Positions 30,475 to 39,274 of a stretch of DNA of 39,723 nt are shown in pieces. The DNA comes from a virus. The stretch covers positions 1 through 39,723 of IMG/VR virus record IMGVR_UViG_3300038335_000064; one strand, written 5' to 3'. Numbering within the stretch: position 1 is the stretch's first letter; the number at the start of each line of letters is the position of its first letter. Position numbers and translations under genes: made by a program. The notes under the pieces are model-generated. The model did no database searches. It saw only the letters and a list, made by a program, of their open reading frames with translations, and was not told the DNA's origin.

Positions 30475-32718
30475 TTACGCGCCGGCGTTCTTGACGATGC
30501 CCTTGCTGCCGACGGCGGCAACACCGTAGCGATGCACCACCTTCCAGGCCAGGCCGTCGGTGCGGAAGCTCTTTTCCTGCTCCAGCGTCGGGGTCTGCAC
30601 GCCGTCGAGGAAGGCGACTTCGAACACCGGCTCGATGTTCTTGTCGGCCACCATGTACCAGGCCGGGCCCAACAGGCGCGGAGTGTCGATGACATCGCCG
30701 AACAGGCCTCGCACGGTGTTCGGTCGCTTCTGCGACTTCTGCGCCTCGTCGTTGAACTCCATGGCGTTGATCTCGCGGGCCAAGCCACCGAGCGCCAACG
30801 GCCCAAGCCAAATCTGCGGCAGGATGTCGAGGAAGTCGTAGCCGCCCGGGTCCTTTTGGCTGCCCATCTGCTGACGGATGGCGTCGATCAAGGCGACCGA
30901 TGGCGCACCGGCGTTGGCGGCGATATTGCCGTGCGCGGCATGGAACAGCGGGTTGCCATCGTTCATGGCCGGGCCGGCGCCGCCGTTGAGCGCAAACAGG
31001 GCATACACATCATTCTCGATGGTGCGGCCCGCTGCCTGACCCAATGCCTGCGTCGGCCGGGTGAACGCGCCCAGATCGTCGTTGACCAATACCTCGGGGG
31101 TGATCTGCAGGATGCGGCCCTTGCGCTTGCCCTGGATGGTTTCCTTCGCACCATCGGACATCACGCCGGTTTCGTACTCACCCGCTTCGTTGACCTCTTT
31201 GAGATCGGTGAACGAACCCAGGTGGTAGCGGTTGTGCGGCCGGTAATCGGCCAGCGTGCCGGTGGCGCAGAAGCGCTGCCAGGTGAACGCCTGCAGGCGG
31301 TAAGCGTTGAGCAGCATCTTGTGCAGGGTGTTTTCGAGCAATACAGGGAAATCGCTGGTGGTCTGCACCGAGAGCACACGCGCGGCGATCTGGTCGCGGC
31401 TCATGCTGCGGGTGTTCACGCCCGCGCGGATCAGTGATTCCTCGGCCAGCGCGACCAGGCTGAGGCGTGCGGCCGGGTTGCCCTGCCGGGCTTCGTCGGC
31501 CGCCTGCCCGGTGAGCACACCGGCGCGGGCGAGTACGCCCTGCACAGTGCGGGCGATGCGCTTGTCGGATTCGTCTGCGACGACCTCCACGCGCGCCGCG
31601 TCGCCGAGCGGACTGGCGCCTGTGCCCACGCGCGCGAGCAGGCGCGCCTGTGCTTGTTCGATGGTCAGCGCGGCGTTGGCCAGGCAATCGGCCTCCAACT
31701 CGGGTACGCCGGCGATGTCGCGGAACTGGGCGAACACATCGCGCATGGCGGTGTTGCGCTGGTTGAGCGACGCCAGGATGGTTTCGCGCGATTCGGCGAT
31801 GGCGGGCGCAGCGGGCTGAGCAGCAGCGGCGGCTACGGCGGGCGGAACCGGCGCGGCACCACCACCTGCGTTCGCCAGAATCAGATGGCATTGTTGGTTC
31901 ATTTGCGGATCCTCGATATAGGCCAGCACGGCCCGTTGATGGCCCTCGCGGAGCGAGGCGAAAGCAGCCGGCGTGGTCGCCGACTGGATGCAGCGATGCA
32001 ACGTGGCGCGGACACGCCCCGTTGCGTGCGCGATGGCGGTGACGTAAGACATCAGCGCGGCAGTGGTTGCGGCGGTGCCGGCTGGCGCGGCCGCATCGGT
32101 AGCGATGACCTCATCGATGAGGCCAAATTCGGCGGCCTCGGCGGCGGTGAAATAGTGGTCTTCACCATCGGTCAGCATCTGCTGGATATCGCTCGCCCGC
32201 TCGCTCGCGCGCGCGGCGTAGCTGACCTGCATGGCGGCAGCGAACGCATCGAGCGTTTCGGCGTGGGCGCGCATCGCGGCGGCATTGCCGAACACGCCGC
32301 CGCTCGGCGCGTGGATCATCATCAGGGTATTGGCGTGCATGGACACCGTGTCGCCGGCCATGGCAATCAGGCTGGCAATGCTGGCGGCGATGCCGTCGAT
32401 TACCACTGCGATCTTGCTGGGGTGTTTCTTGAGGGCGTTGTAAATCGCCAGGCCATCGGTGACAACGCCGCCATCGGAGTTGATGCGCACGGTAATCTCA
32501 TCGGCGGTGATGCCGGCGATCTGATTGACGATGTCGCGCGCAGTGATGCCGTCGCCCCAGAAGAAATCGCCGATCGGGCCGTAGATCATCAACTCGGCGG
32601 TGCCGCTGCCGGCGTGCAGCGCGATGACCGATTTACCCTTGGCGTCCGGCGCGATCCGCGCCAGATCATCGTTGGTGAGCGCGAAGGTGGCCGCAATGGC
32701 CAGCGGGAGAGTTTTCAT
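30475..32718 (-). CDS. Prohead protease (ClpP/S14-like) fused to the major capsid protein
   Basis: The N-terminus has INSDGGVVTDGLAIYNAL...GIAASIASLIAMAGD..MHANTLMMIHAPS. The C-terminal approximately 330 aa are capsid-like (SDFPVLLENTLHKMLL...FRTDGLAWKVVHRYG). Confidence 0.85.
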   Translation of the reverse strand: MKTLPLAIAATFALTNDDLARIAPDAKGKSVIALHAGSGTAELMIYGPIGDFFWGDGITARDIVNQIAGITADEITVRINSDGGVVTDGLAIYNALKKHPSKIAVVIDGIAASIASLIAMAGDTVSMHANTLMMIHAPSGGVFGNAAAMRAHAETLDAFAAAMQVSYAARASERASDIQQMLTDGEDHYFTAAEAAEFGLIDEVIATDAAAPAGTAATTAALMSYVTAIAHATGRVRATLHRCIQSATTPAAFASLREGHQRAVLAYIEDPQMNQQCHLILANAGGGAAPVPPAVAAAAAQPAAPAIAESRETILASLNQRNTAMRDVFAQFRDIAGVPELEADCLANAALTIEQAQARLLARVGTGASPLGDAARVEVVADESDKRIARTVQGVLARAGVLTGQAADEARQGNPAARLSLVALAEESLIRAGVNTRSMSRDQIAARVLSVQTTSDFPVLLENTLHKMLLNAYRLQAFTWQRFCATGTLADYRPHNRYHLGSFTDLKEVNEAGEYETGVMSDGAKETIQGKRKGRILQITPEVLVNDDLGAFTRPTQALGQAAGRTIENDVYALFALNGGAGPAMNDGNPLFHAAHGNIAANAGAPSVALIDAIRQQMGSQKDPGGYDFLDILPQIWLGPLALGGLAREINAMEFNDEAQKSQKRPNTVRGLFGDVIDTPRLLGPAWYMVADKNIEPVFEVAFLDGVQTPTLEQEKSFRTDGLAWKVVHRYGVAAVGSKGIVKNAGA

Positions 32719-34253
32719 GGGGTGTTGTCCTGATTGACGGCGGCCGGCGGGATGCCGGCCACGTCGGCTTGGGCGATACCGGTTGCGCTGACCAGCGCCG
32801 GATCGGTATCCAGCACCAGGCCGTTGTCTGTCGCCCAGCGCCGTTCAAGGGCGATCTGCTCGTAGGTGTCGTACATGCGCCCGCCGCGCTCGGCGATGAC
32901 CGACGAGGCCGAGCGGAAACCCGCGCGCACCATCGTGCGCAGGCCAACGGCTTCCTTCACCGGGTCGATCCACGGCATCGGTGGCGGCAGATAATCGGCG
33001 CCGACCGCGCTGGCCAGCGAGACGCCACGCGGCAGCACCAGTTCACCGGACACCACCGCCATGGCCACGAACCGCTCGTAGATCGGCCGCAACATCTGCG
33101 ACACGAATTCGTAGGCAAGCACGCCATAAGCGCCGTATTGCTCCACCAGCTCCTGCCGCTGCGCCGAGTAAGTGCCGTTGTAGTTCTTGGCCAGCGTGCT
33201 GAAGCTGATCCGCATGGGCGCTGCAATTGCGCGCAACTGGCCGTTTCGGTAGGTTTCCAGATTCGGGTTCGGGCGCTTGCTGTCGATGGTGGACACCGAC
33301 TCGCCGGGGCGCAGATCATCAAACACCATGCCCGGCTGCATGCGCATCTGGCGTGGCTGGTTGCCGGTGCCGGGCAGCGATTCGTAGGATGCTGGGTCGC
33401 CCTTGATAATCATCGCGGCGAAGCTCGCGGCGATCTTGGCCGCGATCCGCTCGCTTTCTTCGTAGTCTTTCAGGTCTTCGATGCGCGCGAAGGTGCTCGC
33501 CAGGATGCTGATGCCGCGCACCTGGCCGATGCGATCGACGGTGCGCAGGTGTCGAATCAGGTCGGCCGGCACGCGCGTGGAATCGGGCATGAACACGTCC
33601 GGGTCGCCCGGATGCCGGCGGTACACATGGAAGGCAACCGGGCGGCCCCAGGCATTACGCTCCACCCCTTGCAGGATGCGCCGGGCGGCGTCATCCAGAT
33701 CGAGCGGAACCAGGTCTGGCTCCAACAACTCCAGGGAGAACGGCACACTGGAACCATGTTCGAGAAACGGAATAGGCCCGCGCAGCTCTTGCGCGAATGC
33801 CTCGCCATCGCGCAACCATGTGCGCGCCAACAGGCGCTGGGCACTGGCCCAGTCGTGCATCCACGTCACTTCCGGCCGTTTCGACCACGCGACATAGAGC
33901 GGCATGATCTGATCGACCACCGATTCGACCACGTTGCCCTCGGCATCGCGCGGCGTGGGCACCACATTGACGCCGGTGGCACCGATGATGTTCTGCACCA
34001 CCGACGACAGCCCGCCGCTGATGATGTCGTGGTTACGGTCGAGGTGGCGCGCCTGGTTGCGCAGCGCCGCACCGGTCAGCGCGACAACGGCATTGCCGCT
34101 ACCGAAATCGCGCGACTGGCGGCGCAGGTGCGTGGCCTCTGCTGCTTCGTATGCCTGCCGGTAGGCCGCAGTCCGTACGCGGTCCCGGGCGCGGGCCGCA
34201 GCCCAGCCTGGCGATACCCGTTCGATCAGTGCCTCGACGCGTCCGAGCTTCAT
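32715..34253 (-). CDS. Portal protein (lambda family)
   Basis: Start MKLGRVEALIERVSPGWAA with ATGA overlaps on both sides. 512 aa. Confidence 0.9.
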   Translation of the reverse strand: MKLGRVEALIERVSPGWAAARARDRVRTAAYRQAYEAAEATHLRRQSRDFGSGNAVVALTGAALRNQARHLDRNHDIISGGLSSVVQNIIGATGVNVVPTPRDAEGNVVESVVDQIMPLYVAWSKRPEVTWMHDWASAQRLLARTWLRDGEAFAQELRGPIPFLEHGSSVPFSLELLEPDLVPLDLDDAARRILQGVERNAWGRPVAFHVYRRHPGDPDVFMPDSTRVPADLIRHLRTVDRIGQVRGISILASTFARIEDLKDYEESERIAAKIAASFAAMIIKGDPASYESLPGTGNQPRQMRMQPGMVFDDLRPGESVSTIDSKRPNPNLETYRNGQLRAIAAPMRISFSTLAKNYNGTYSAQRQELVEQYGAYGVLAYEFVSQMLRPIYERFVAMAVVSGELVLPRGVSLASAVGADYLPPPMPWIDPVKEAVGLRTMVRAGFRSASSVIAERGGRMYDTYEQIALERRWATDNGLVLDTDPALVSATGIAQADVAGIPPAAVNQDNTP

Positions 34254-34474
34254 CGGCCGCACCCGCTGAAATCGGCAATCGCAATCCCCGGCGTTCCGCC
34301 GGCTGCGCGAGTGGCTTCGGCGGCAGCCCGACCCATCCACTTGTCCAGCTCGCTGCTCACCCATGCGGCATCGGCGCGGGTGAGTTCGCGCTCGCCAAAG
34401 CGCACCCGCTGCCCAGCCAGCACCTTGGTGTAGGCGGCTTGCAGCAGTGTTACTTGGTCGGTGGCGAAGGACAT
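34250..34474 (-). CDS. Head-tail joining protein W (lambda gpW-like)
   Basis: MSFATDQVTLLQAAYTKVLAGQRVRFGERELTRADAAWV. Confidence 0.7.
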   Translation of the reverse strand: MSFATDQVTLLQAAYTKVLAGQRVRFGERELTRADAAWVSSELDKWMGRAAAEATRAAGGTPGIAIADFSGCGR

Positions 34475-34526
34475 GGATGCAATGATCCACATCCGGGTGC
34501 GCTCAGTCTCGGGGAACGGGACGCAC
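34472..34526 (-). repeat. 55-bp conserved element, copy B, 5' of head gpW and 3' of the Mor-like gene
   Basis: See 20745..20799. In this copy the arms GGGTGCG/CGCACCC form a 7-bp inverted repeat around a 20-nt core. Confidence 0.9.
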
Positions 34527-34528
34527 CC

Positions 34529-34849
34529 CTACGCGCCCGCCAATCCCTCGGCAGTGGCGCCATCCAGCAAGCGATACAGCGTCCGCCGCCCCACCCGGTG
34601 CTTGCGGCAGATCGCCCGCACCGACATGCCGCCGCGCAGATCCACCCGTATCGCATCCACCGGGTAATGCACGCACGCCGGGATGTACAAGTCCTGACCC
34701 GGGTATTCGTCCACCAGGTACGCCACCACGGCCGCAATGGTCGGCCGGATCGCATCACCATCGGCGCGCATGTGCATGGCGGCGCCGATGGTGAGTTCGT
34801 CGACCAGCTCATCGATCCGCGCCCGCGCGCGTGTGGTGTTGCGGCTCAC
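34529..34849 (-). CDS. Mor-family transcriptional activator-like protein
   Basis: GQDLYIPACVHYPVDAIRVDLRGGMSVRAICRKHRVGRRTLYRLL resembles the Mu Mor/C YIPK...HTH C-terminus. GTGA overlap with the terL stop. Confidence 0.6.
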   Translation of the reverse strand: MSRNTTRARARIDELVDELTIGAAMHMRADGDAIRPTIAAVVAYLVDEYPGQDLYIPACVHYPVDAIRVDLRGGMSVRAICRKHRVGRRTLYRLLDGATAEGLAGA

Positions 34850-36762
34850 AGGCGCTTGCTCCAGTTCGATGAGGCGAGCGGCGCGGCCTGATGTTTGGCT
34901 GGCGCGGGTTGCGGTTTGTTCGCTTGCGGTTGCGACGGCGATGCGTCCAGGGTACCGGCGCGTAGCGCCGCCTCGCGGAGGTCCCAATCGGCTTTGGTCC
35001 AGCGGTGCAATCGCAGTTCGGGGTGATGGGTGGCGGCGTACGAATATACCCAGCAATCCAAGGGTTCATTGCGCGGCGCGCCGCGCCGCTTTTCGAATCG
35101 GTTGCGCGCGGGGTTGTAGGTCTCGGCAGTCAGCCCGCCGAAGTAGCCGGCATCGAGATCGTTGCTGAAGCGCACCAGGCGCGATTCCGTGGCCTTATCG
35201 GCGTCGGTGCTCAGCCGGCTGTACAGCAAGTGCTTGATCGCCACCGTGCCGACCGCGTGGATATGCACGCCGCGCTTGTCCAGTTGGCCGCGAAAATTGA
35301 TGTCCTGCAGCTTGCCCTTGCCCAGCACCGGCGCGTTGTTCGGCACGGCGCCGTGGATCGCCAGCATCCGCCGCACCAGCCGTTGCCGGACGTATGCCTT
35401 GACCGCCTCGGTGCGGTGCCCGCCGATGTCGATCGCCGCGGCTTCGACCTGCATCACGCCACCATCGCAACGCTCGATCGGGCGCAGCAGCAGGTCGGTC
35501 AAGCCGGCCCAGACGGCATCATCGGCCGGATCGCCTGGCAACTCCACGTAATCAATGGTCCAACTGGTCAACCCACGCCCCCAGCCGGTGATGTGTACGG
35601 CCAGCCGGTTGTCCTGGGTATCGATGCCTGCGGTGATCGCCAGCACCCAAGCCGGCGCCGGGCGCATCGGCAGCGGCTCGGCGCGGTCGGCAATCAGGTT
35701 GTGCTTGACCGCGCGCATGGCCGGGTCTTCCCACGGCTCGGCGAGGCGATCATTGATGAACGTCTTGAGCTTGGCCGGGTCGTTTTGCGCGCCGATCCAC
35801 ATGCGCGCAAGGTCACGCCAGCGCGGGCCGAGGCCGATCGGGTAGTACAGGCCATTGAGGTGGTAGCCGCGCCGAATGCCGCCGCGCTCGGGGTGCTCGG
35901 GCACCCATTCGCCGGATGCCAGCATTACCGGCTTGTGGTGCTCATCGATGACGGCCCCGCATTCGCGGCAGGCATACCAGGCTTCGCTGGCATCCGCCGA
36001 CCAGTGCAGGCCTGCCCATTCCAGCGCCTGCCGGTGGCCGCAATGCGGGCACGGGACGTGGTAGCTACGCATGTCACTGCCCAACCACAGCGCCTCGATG
36101 CGCGAGACACCCTGAGTTTGCGGTGTGGAAATGTACAAGCGCTTGTACGTGGCCGGAAACGCCGACGTACGCCCTTCCAGCAGGGAAATCGGATCGTCGC
36201 CGCCAATCAACGCAGCGGCGAATTCGTCCACTTCGTCCACGATCAGCACTTTGACCGTGGTTGACTTCAGGCGCTGCGGGCTGCCGGCATGCTCCAGATG
36301 CAACTGTCCGCCGCGGAAGTCCTTGAACTCGCGGCGGTTGGCACCGTCGCGCGTGGCGGTGGTGGTCAGTGCCCGCTGCACGGCCGGCGTTTCTTCGATC
36401 AGCGGCCCGAGTTTCTGCGCAATCCACTTGCTCAGCGCCACTTCGCCCGGCAGCGCGACCATGATTGGCGCCGGCGCGTGGTCCATGACGTAGCCCACCG
36501 CATTCAGTGCCAGCTCCGACTTGGCGCTCTGGATCGGGAACATCAGCGCAAGCTCGCGTACTGGCGAGCGCACCGACATGCAATCCATTGGCTCGCGCAG
36601 ATAGGGCACCCGCGCGGTGCGCCAGCGGCCGGGCTCGGGTGATTGCTTGCTGGACAGCACCCGCTCAGCATCGGCCCATTGCGAAACCGTCAGTGGCCGC
36701 CGCGGCGCAATGGCGCGTGCCGACGCCTGCGCGACCGTGGCAATTGCCGCACCGAGGTTCAC
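34846..36762 (-). CDS. Terminase large subunit (lambda gpA family)
   Basis: 638 aa, ...PLTVSQWADAERVLSSKQSPEPGRWRTARVPYLREPMD...VLIVDEVDEF. Confidence 0.9.
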   Translation of the reverse strand: MNLGAAIATVAQASARAIAPRRPLTVSQWADAERVLSSKQSPEPGRWRTARVPYLREPMDCMSVRSPVRELALMFPIQSAKSELALNAVGYVMDHAPAPIMVALPGEVALSKWIAQKLGPLIEETPAVQRALTTTATRDGANRREFKDFRGGQLHLEHAGSPQRLKSTTVKVLIVDEVDEFAAALIGGDDPISLLEGRTSAFPATYKRLYISTPQTQGVSRIEALWLGSDMRSYHVPCPHCGHRQALEWAGLHWSADASEAWYACRECGAVIDEHHKPVMLASGEWVPEHPERGGIRRGYHLNGLYYPIGLGPRWRDLARMWIGAQNDPAKLKTFINDRLAEPWEDPAMRAVKHNLIADRAEPLPMRPAPAWVLAITAGIDTQDNRLAVHITGWGRGLTSWTIDYVELPGDPADDAVWAGLTDLLLRPIERCDGGVMQVEAAAIDIGGHRTEAVKAYVRQRLVRRMLAIHGAVPNNAPVLGKGKLQDINFRGQLDKRGVHIHAVGTVAIKHLLYSRLSTDADKATESRLVRFSNDLDAGYFGGLTAETYNPARNRFEKRRGAPRNEPLDCWVYSYAATHHPELRLHRWTKADWDLREAALRAGTLDASPSQPQANKPQPAPAKHQAAPLASSNWSKRL

Positions 36763-37364
36763 GGCGTCACATCCAGTGCGCCCAGCCGACGGCTAAGTTC
36801 GGCCAGTTGCAGTTCCACCGCCTCGGCAATCAGTGCCCGGCACCGCCCTTCATCGGCTTCGGCCGCCAGTTGCGGCCCAAGCGTATCGGCCAATGCCTCC
36901 AGGCCGGCGCGCGCGATCGCAAACGCCCCAGCGCACACCGCCACCACATCGGCGGTGCGCAGCAACTTGCCTTCGTTCTCGGCATGTTCGCGCTCGGCGC
37001 TCAGCGCGGCAGCGCGCTCGCGGCGCTCGCGCCAATACTGGTAGCCGAGCGTGGGTGCTTCGGGTTCGCTACCGCCGTCAACCGCCGCAGCGGCGCTATC
37101 GGGCGGCGGCAGCGCGTTCTGCGGTTGGCCCGGCGCTGCTCCCCTCCTCGCCTCCCGTTGCGCGGCGTGGCGTTCGGCGACGGCGCGCTTGCCGGGGTCG
37201 CGAGTGGCTTCGATGCGCGCGATCGACTCGGCCACCTGCACTGCCCCATCATCTGCCAGCACCAGCCGGCCATCGCGCTTGAGCGCGGTGACGTAGCTGC
37301 GCCGGTAGCCGAGCAGGCGGGCGAACTCGGCTTGCGTGCAGGTTTGCGGTAACCCGTCGGTCAT
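36759..37364 (-). CDS. Terminase small subunit (Nu1-like N-terminal HTH)
   Basis: TQAEFARLLGYRRSYVTALKRDGRLV. Position and overlaps with terL and the upstream gene fit. Confidence 0.7.
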   Translation of the reverse strand: MTDGLPQTCTQAEFARLLGYRRSYVTALKRDGRLVLADDGAVQVAESIARIEATRDPGKRAVAERHAAQREARRGAAPGQPQNALPPPDSAAAAVDGGSEPEAPTLGYQYWRERRERAAALSAEREHAENEGKLLRTADVVAVCAGAFAIARAGLEALADTLGPQLAAEADEGRCRALIAEAVELQLAELSRRLGALDVTP

Positions 37365-38290
37365 CCGTTGGCCTCGCGGTAGGTTTGCACGGCCGCATGA
37401 AACACGCTGATCTGCTCACCCAGCCAGTCGGTTTCGGTGCGATCGACGGGCGGGATGATGTCGCCCAGGTACAGCACGCCATGTGGCCCGAGCACTTGCG
37501 AGCCGGCCTGGTAGCGCTTGCGGGCACTGGCCACGCCGTAGCGGCGCTGCAGGGCGTTGATGAAGTGCTGCTGCGCGGCGATGCGGGCGCCGTTGGCGCT
37601 GCACCAGCGCTGATAGAGGTCGTAAACGCTGGTGCTTAGCGCCGGGCGCGCGCTGACGCCGGGGATGTCGCCGGCGGTGAGCGCGGTGTAGAACCAGGCA
37701 ATGGAGTCATCGTAGGCCAGCGCTGCGTCCGCGCCAGCCGGGTCGGCCGCAACCTCGACGCCCAGCTCATCGGTCCAGTCCACGCCGGTGTGGCGCTGCG
37801 CGCAGGCAAAGGCAGCGCGCATGGCGCGGGCCGGGGCCATGCGGGTTTTCTGCGCGGTGCGCAAGGCGGCGGCGAAGATGCGCCCGGCGCTAACCAGCAC
37901 ATCGGCGCGGTGGTTCGGCGGCGCGGGGATGGGTTGCGGCGTGGAGGCGGCGCCGGTGACCAGGGCATCGTAGGCGCGGATGACGTGCAGGTGGAACTTG
38001 GCGCTGATCCACATGGCGTAGGCGTAGACCAGTTCTTTGACGGCGTAGGTGCCGTTTCCGAATCCGTCGTTCACCGTGGACAGGGGGGCCTCCTCAGATG
38101 TGAGGAGGCCCCCCGCACTTTTCTCGGTGTTTTCGATCTCCGCGATCAGTTCGGCGGTCTGATCGAGTCGCAACCAGTTCGCCGGCTGGTGCCGCTTGGC
38201 ACCGCCACTGGCTTGGTGCAAGTCATTGAGGCAGTAGCGCCCGGTCGGATCGCGGCGAATCTGGGTATTGGCGATGATCAGGGCATTCAC
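37361..38290 (-). CDS. KilA-N domain protein fused to a paralogue of the primase C-terminal domain
   Basis: GGAGG lies 6 nt before GTG 38290. KilA-N signature: IRRDPTGRYCLNDLHQASGG..ANWLR...GTYAVKELVYAYAMWISAKFHLHVI. The last approximately 113 aa are about 65 percent identical to the primase tail (39301-39640). Confidence 0.8.
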   Translation of the reverse strand: MNALIIANTQIRRDPTGRYCLNDLHQASGGAKRHQPANWLRLDQTAELIAEIENTEKSAGGLLTSEEAPLSTVNDGFGNGTYAVKELVYAYAMWISAKFHLHVIRAYDALVTGAASTPQPIPAPPNHRADVLVSAGRIFAAALRTAQKTRMAPARAMRAAFACAQRHTGVDWTDELGVEVAADPAGADAALAYDDSIAWFYTALTAGDIPGVSARPALSTSVYDLYQRWCSANGARIAAQQHFINALQRRYGVASARKRYQAGSQVLGPHGVLYLGDIIPPVDRTETDWLGEQISVFHAAVQTYREANG

Positions 38291-38949
38291 AGGGCACCTC
38301 CACGGGTTTCTTCGGCAATGATTTCGGCGCAGCGGGCGAGCAGAAAGCCCACCATGTCGTCCACCTCGGCGGGGCTGATCCCGTCGCGCAGCAGGCAATC
38401 GCGGAAATCGCGTTCGGCCAGTGCGAGGCCGTGATCTAACGGGTCGCGCTCGGCCGCGGCCGGCAGCACGCGGCGGGAGCGCTGGGATGGGAAGGCAATG
38501 ACGTTGCTGGGCCGCGCGTTGGCGGCAAGGGTGCGGGTGCTCATGGCGATGGTCTCCAACTGGTCTGTGGAGTCCGCCACCGCGACGCCAATCGCGGAGA
38601 CGGACGACGCGGGGTTGGCGTACCGGCAGTTGGCACCGGCGAGCCTTGCGGCTCCCCCGCGCCGCCCGCCATAGACCGGCGAGTGACGCAACGCAGGGCC
38701 CAGTGCCGATGCACCGGGCGTGAAAAAAGCGCCGGCATCGGACGATGGGCGCTTGCGCGCCAACGTGCTCGGGACGCCAATCCCGGCTGCCCGATTGAGG
38801 GCAGCGGGGCCAGCGTACACCCGTGCCGCAGGGCGAGGCAAGCACCGCAGTACCGCGTTAGTCTCGCCGTCGGCGGACAGTCTGCTGCCGGCCCAGCGCT
38901 GAAACGCCGGGCTGCGCATTGCGGCAAGCGTGGCCTGTGTGTTGCTCAT
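38287..38949 (-). CDS. Hypothetical protein (alternative start ATG 38544 gives an 85-aa product)
   Basis: AGGAGG lies 4 nt before ATG 38949 and GC3 is about 78 percent. The middle is low complexity and contains a terminator-like hairpin. GTGA junction with the KilA-N gene. Confidence 0.35.
   Translation of the reverse strand: MSNTQATLAAMRSPAFQRWAGSRLSADGETNAVLRCLPRPAARVYAGPAALNRAAGIGVPSTLARKRPSSDAGAFFTPGASALGPALRHSPVYGGRRGGAARLAGANCRYANPASSVSAIGVAVADSTDQLETIAMSTRTLAANARPSNVIAFPSQRSRRVLPAAAERDPLDHGLALAERDFRDCLLRDGISPAEVDDMVGFLLARCAEIIAEETRGGAL
38723..38752 (-). terminator. Candidate intrinsic terminator inside ORF 38287..38949
   Basis: On the minus strand: GCGCC-CATCG-(loop)-CGATG-cc-GGCGC followed by TTTTTT. 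Confidence 0.4.
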
Positions 38950-38978
38950 ACAACCTCCTTCAGCCAGGTGGAACCCGT

Positions 38979-39005
38979 GGGGTGCATCACAACCACCCCT
39001 TTTTT
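38979..39005 (+). terminator. Candidate plus-strand intrinsic terminator
   Basis: GGGGTG-N9-CACCCC followed by TTTTTT. It sits just 5' (minus sense) of the SD and ATG of ORF 38949. Confidence 0.35.
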
Positions 39006-39051
39006 CGCGAAACGCGAAGGTGAGTAAGACGCACACGCGAATGTGCAGCGG

Positions 39052-39124
39052 TGCGGGTAGGTGTGCGGGCAGCGATTGCGGGCACGGAACCGCGCTGCAT
39101 ATGGGCTGTGCGGGCAGTGCGGGC
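39052..39124 (+). repeat. Iteron-like array: five direct TGCGGG(C/T) copies
   Basis: Copies start at 39052, 39064, 39077, 39109 and 39118, giving spacings of 12, 13, 32 and 9. Confidence 0.8.
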
Positions 39125-39242
39125 TGCGCAAGGATTGCAGGCGGGGCGGGCGCGTTTTGTAGTATCGGATTCACGGACGCTACGCGCGCATGTGTGCGCG
39201 GTAGGCCGCAAACCCGTGAGAGCGCGCAACAGCGCCATTTGA

Positions 39243-39274
39243 GCCCGCACAGGCAGCCCGCACCGCAGCCCGCA
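39243..39274 (-). repeat. Iteron-like array: three inverted copies (GCCCGCA)
   Basis: Copies at 39243, 39256 and 39268, giving spacings of 13 and 12. They converge on the direct array. Confidence 0.8.

Noticed and set aside
36043-36053. TGCGGGCACGG 11-mer inside terL, identical to the iteron at 39077-39087
   Set aside because: It is an isolated copy within a coding region. Single occurrences of the GC-rich core are expected by chance at this composition.
38950-39174. N-terminal 75 aa of ORF 38287..39174 (MNPILQNAPAPP...)
   Set aside because: It runs through the iteron array and the TTCGCG-AAA-CGCGAA palindrome, is Pro/Ala-rich, and lacks an SD. The internal ATG 38949 has a strong AGGAGG.
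39052-39274. CRISPR array
   Set aside because: The repeats are only 7-10 bp, irregularly spaced at 9-32 bp and in both orientations. There are no spacer-sized units and no cas genes.
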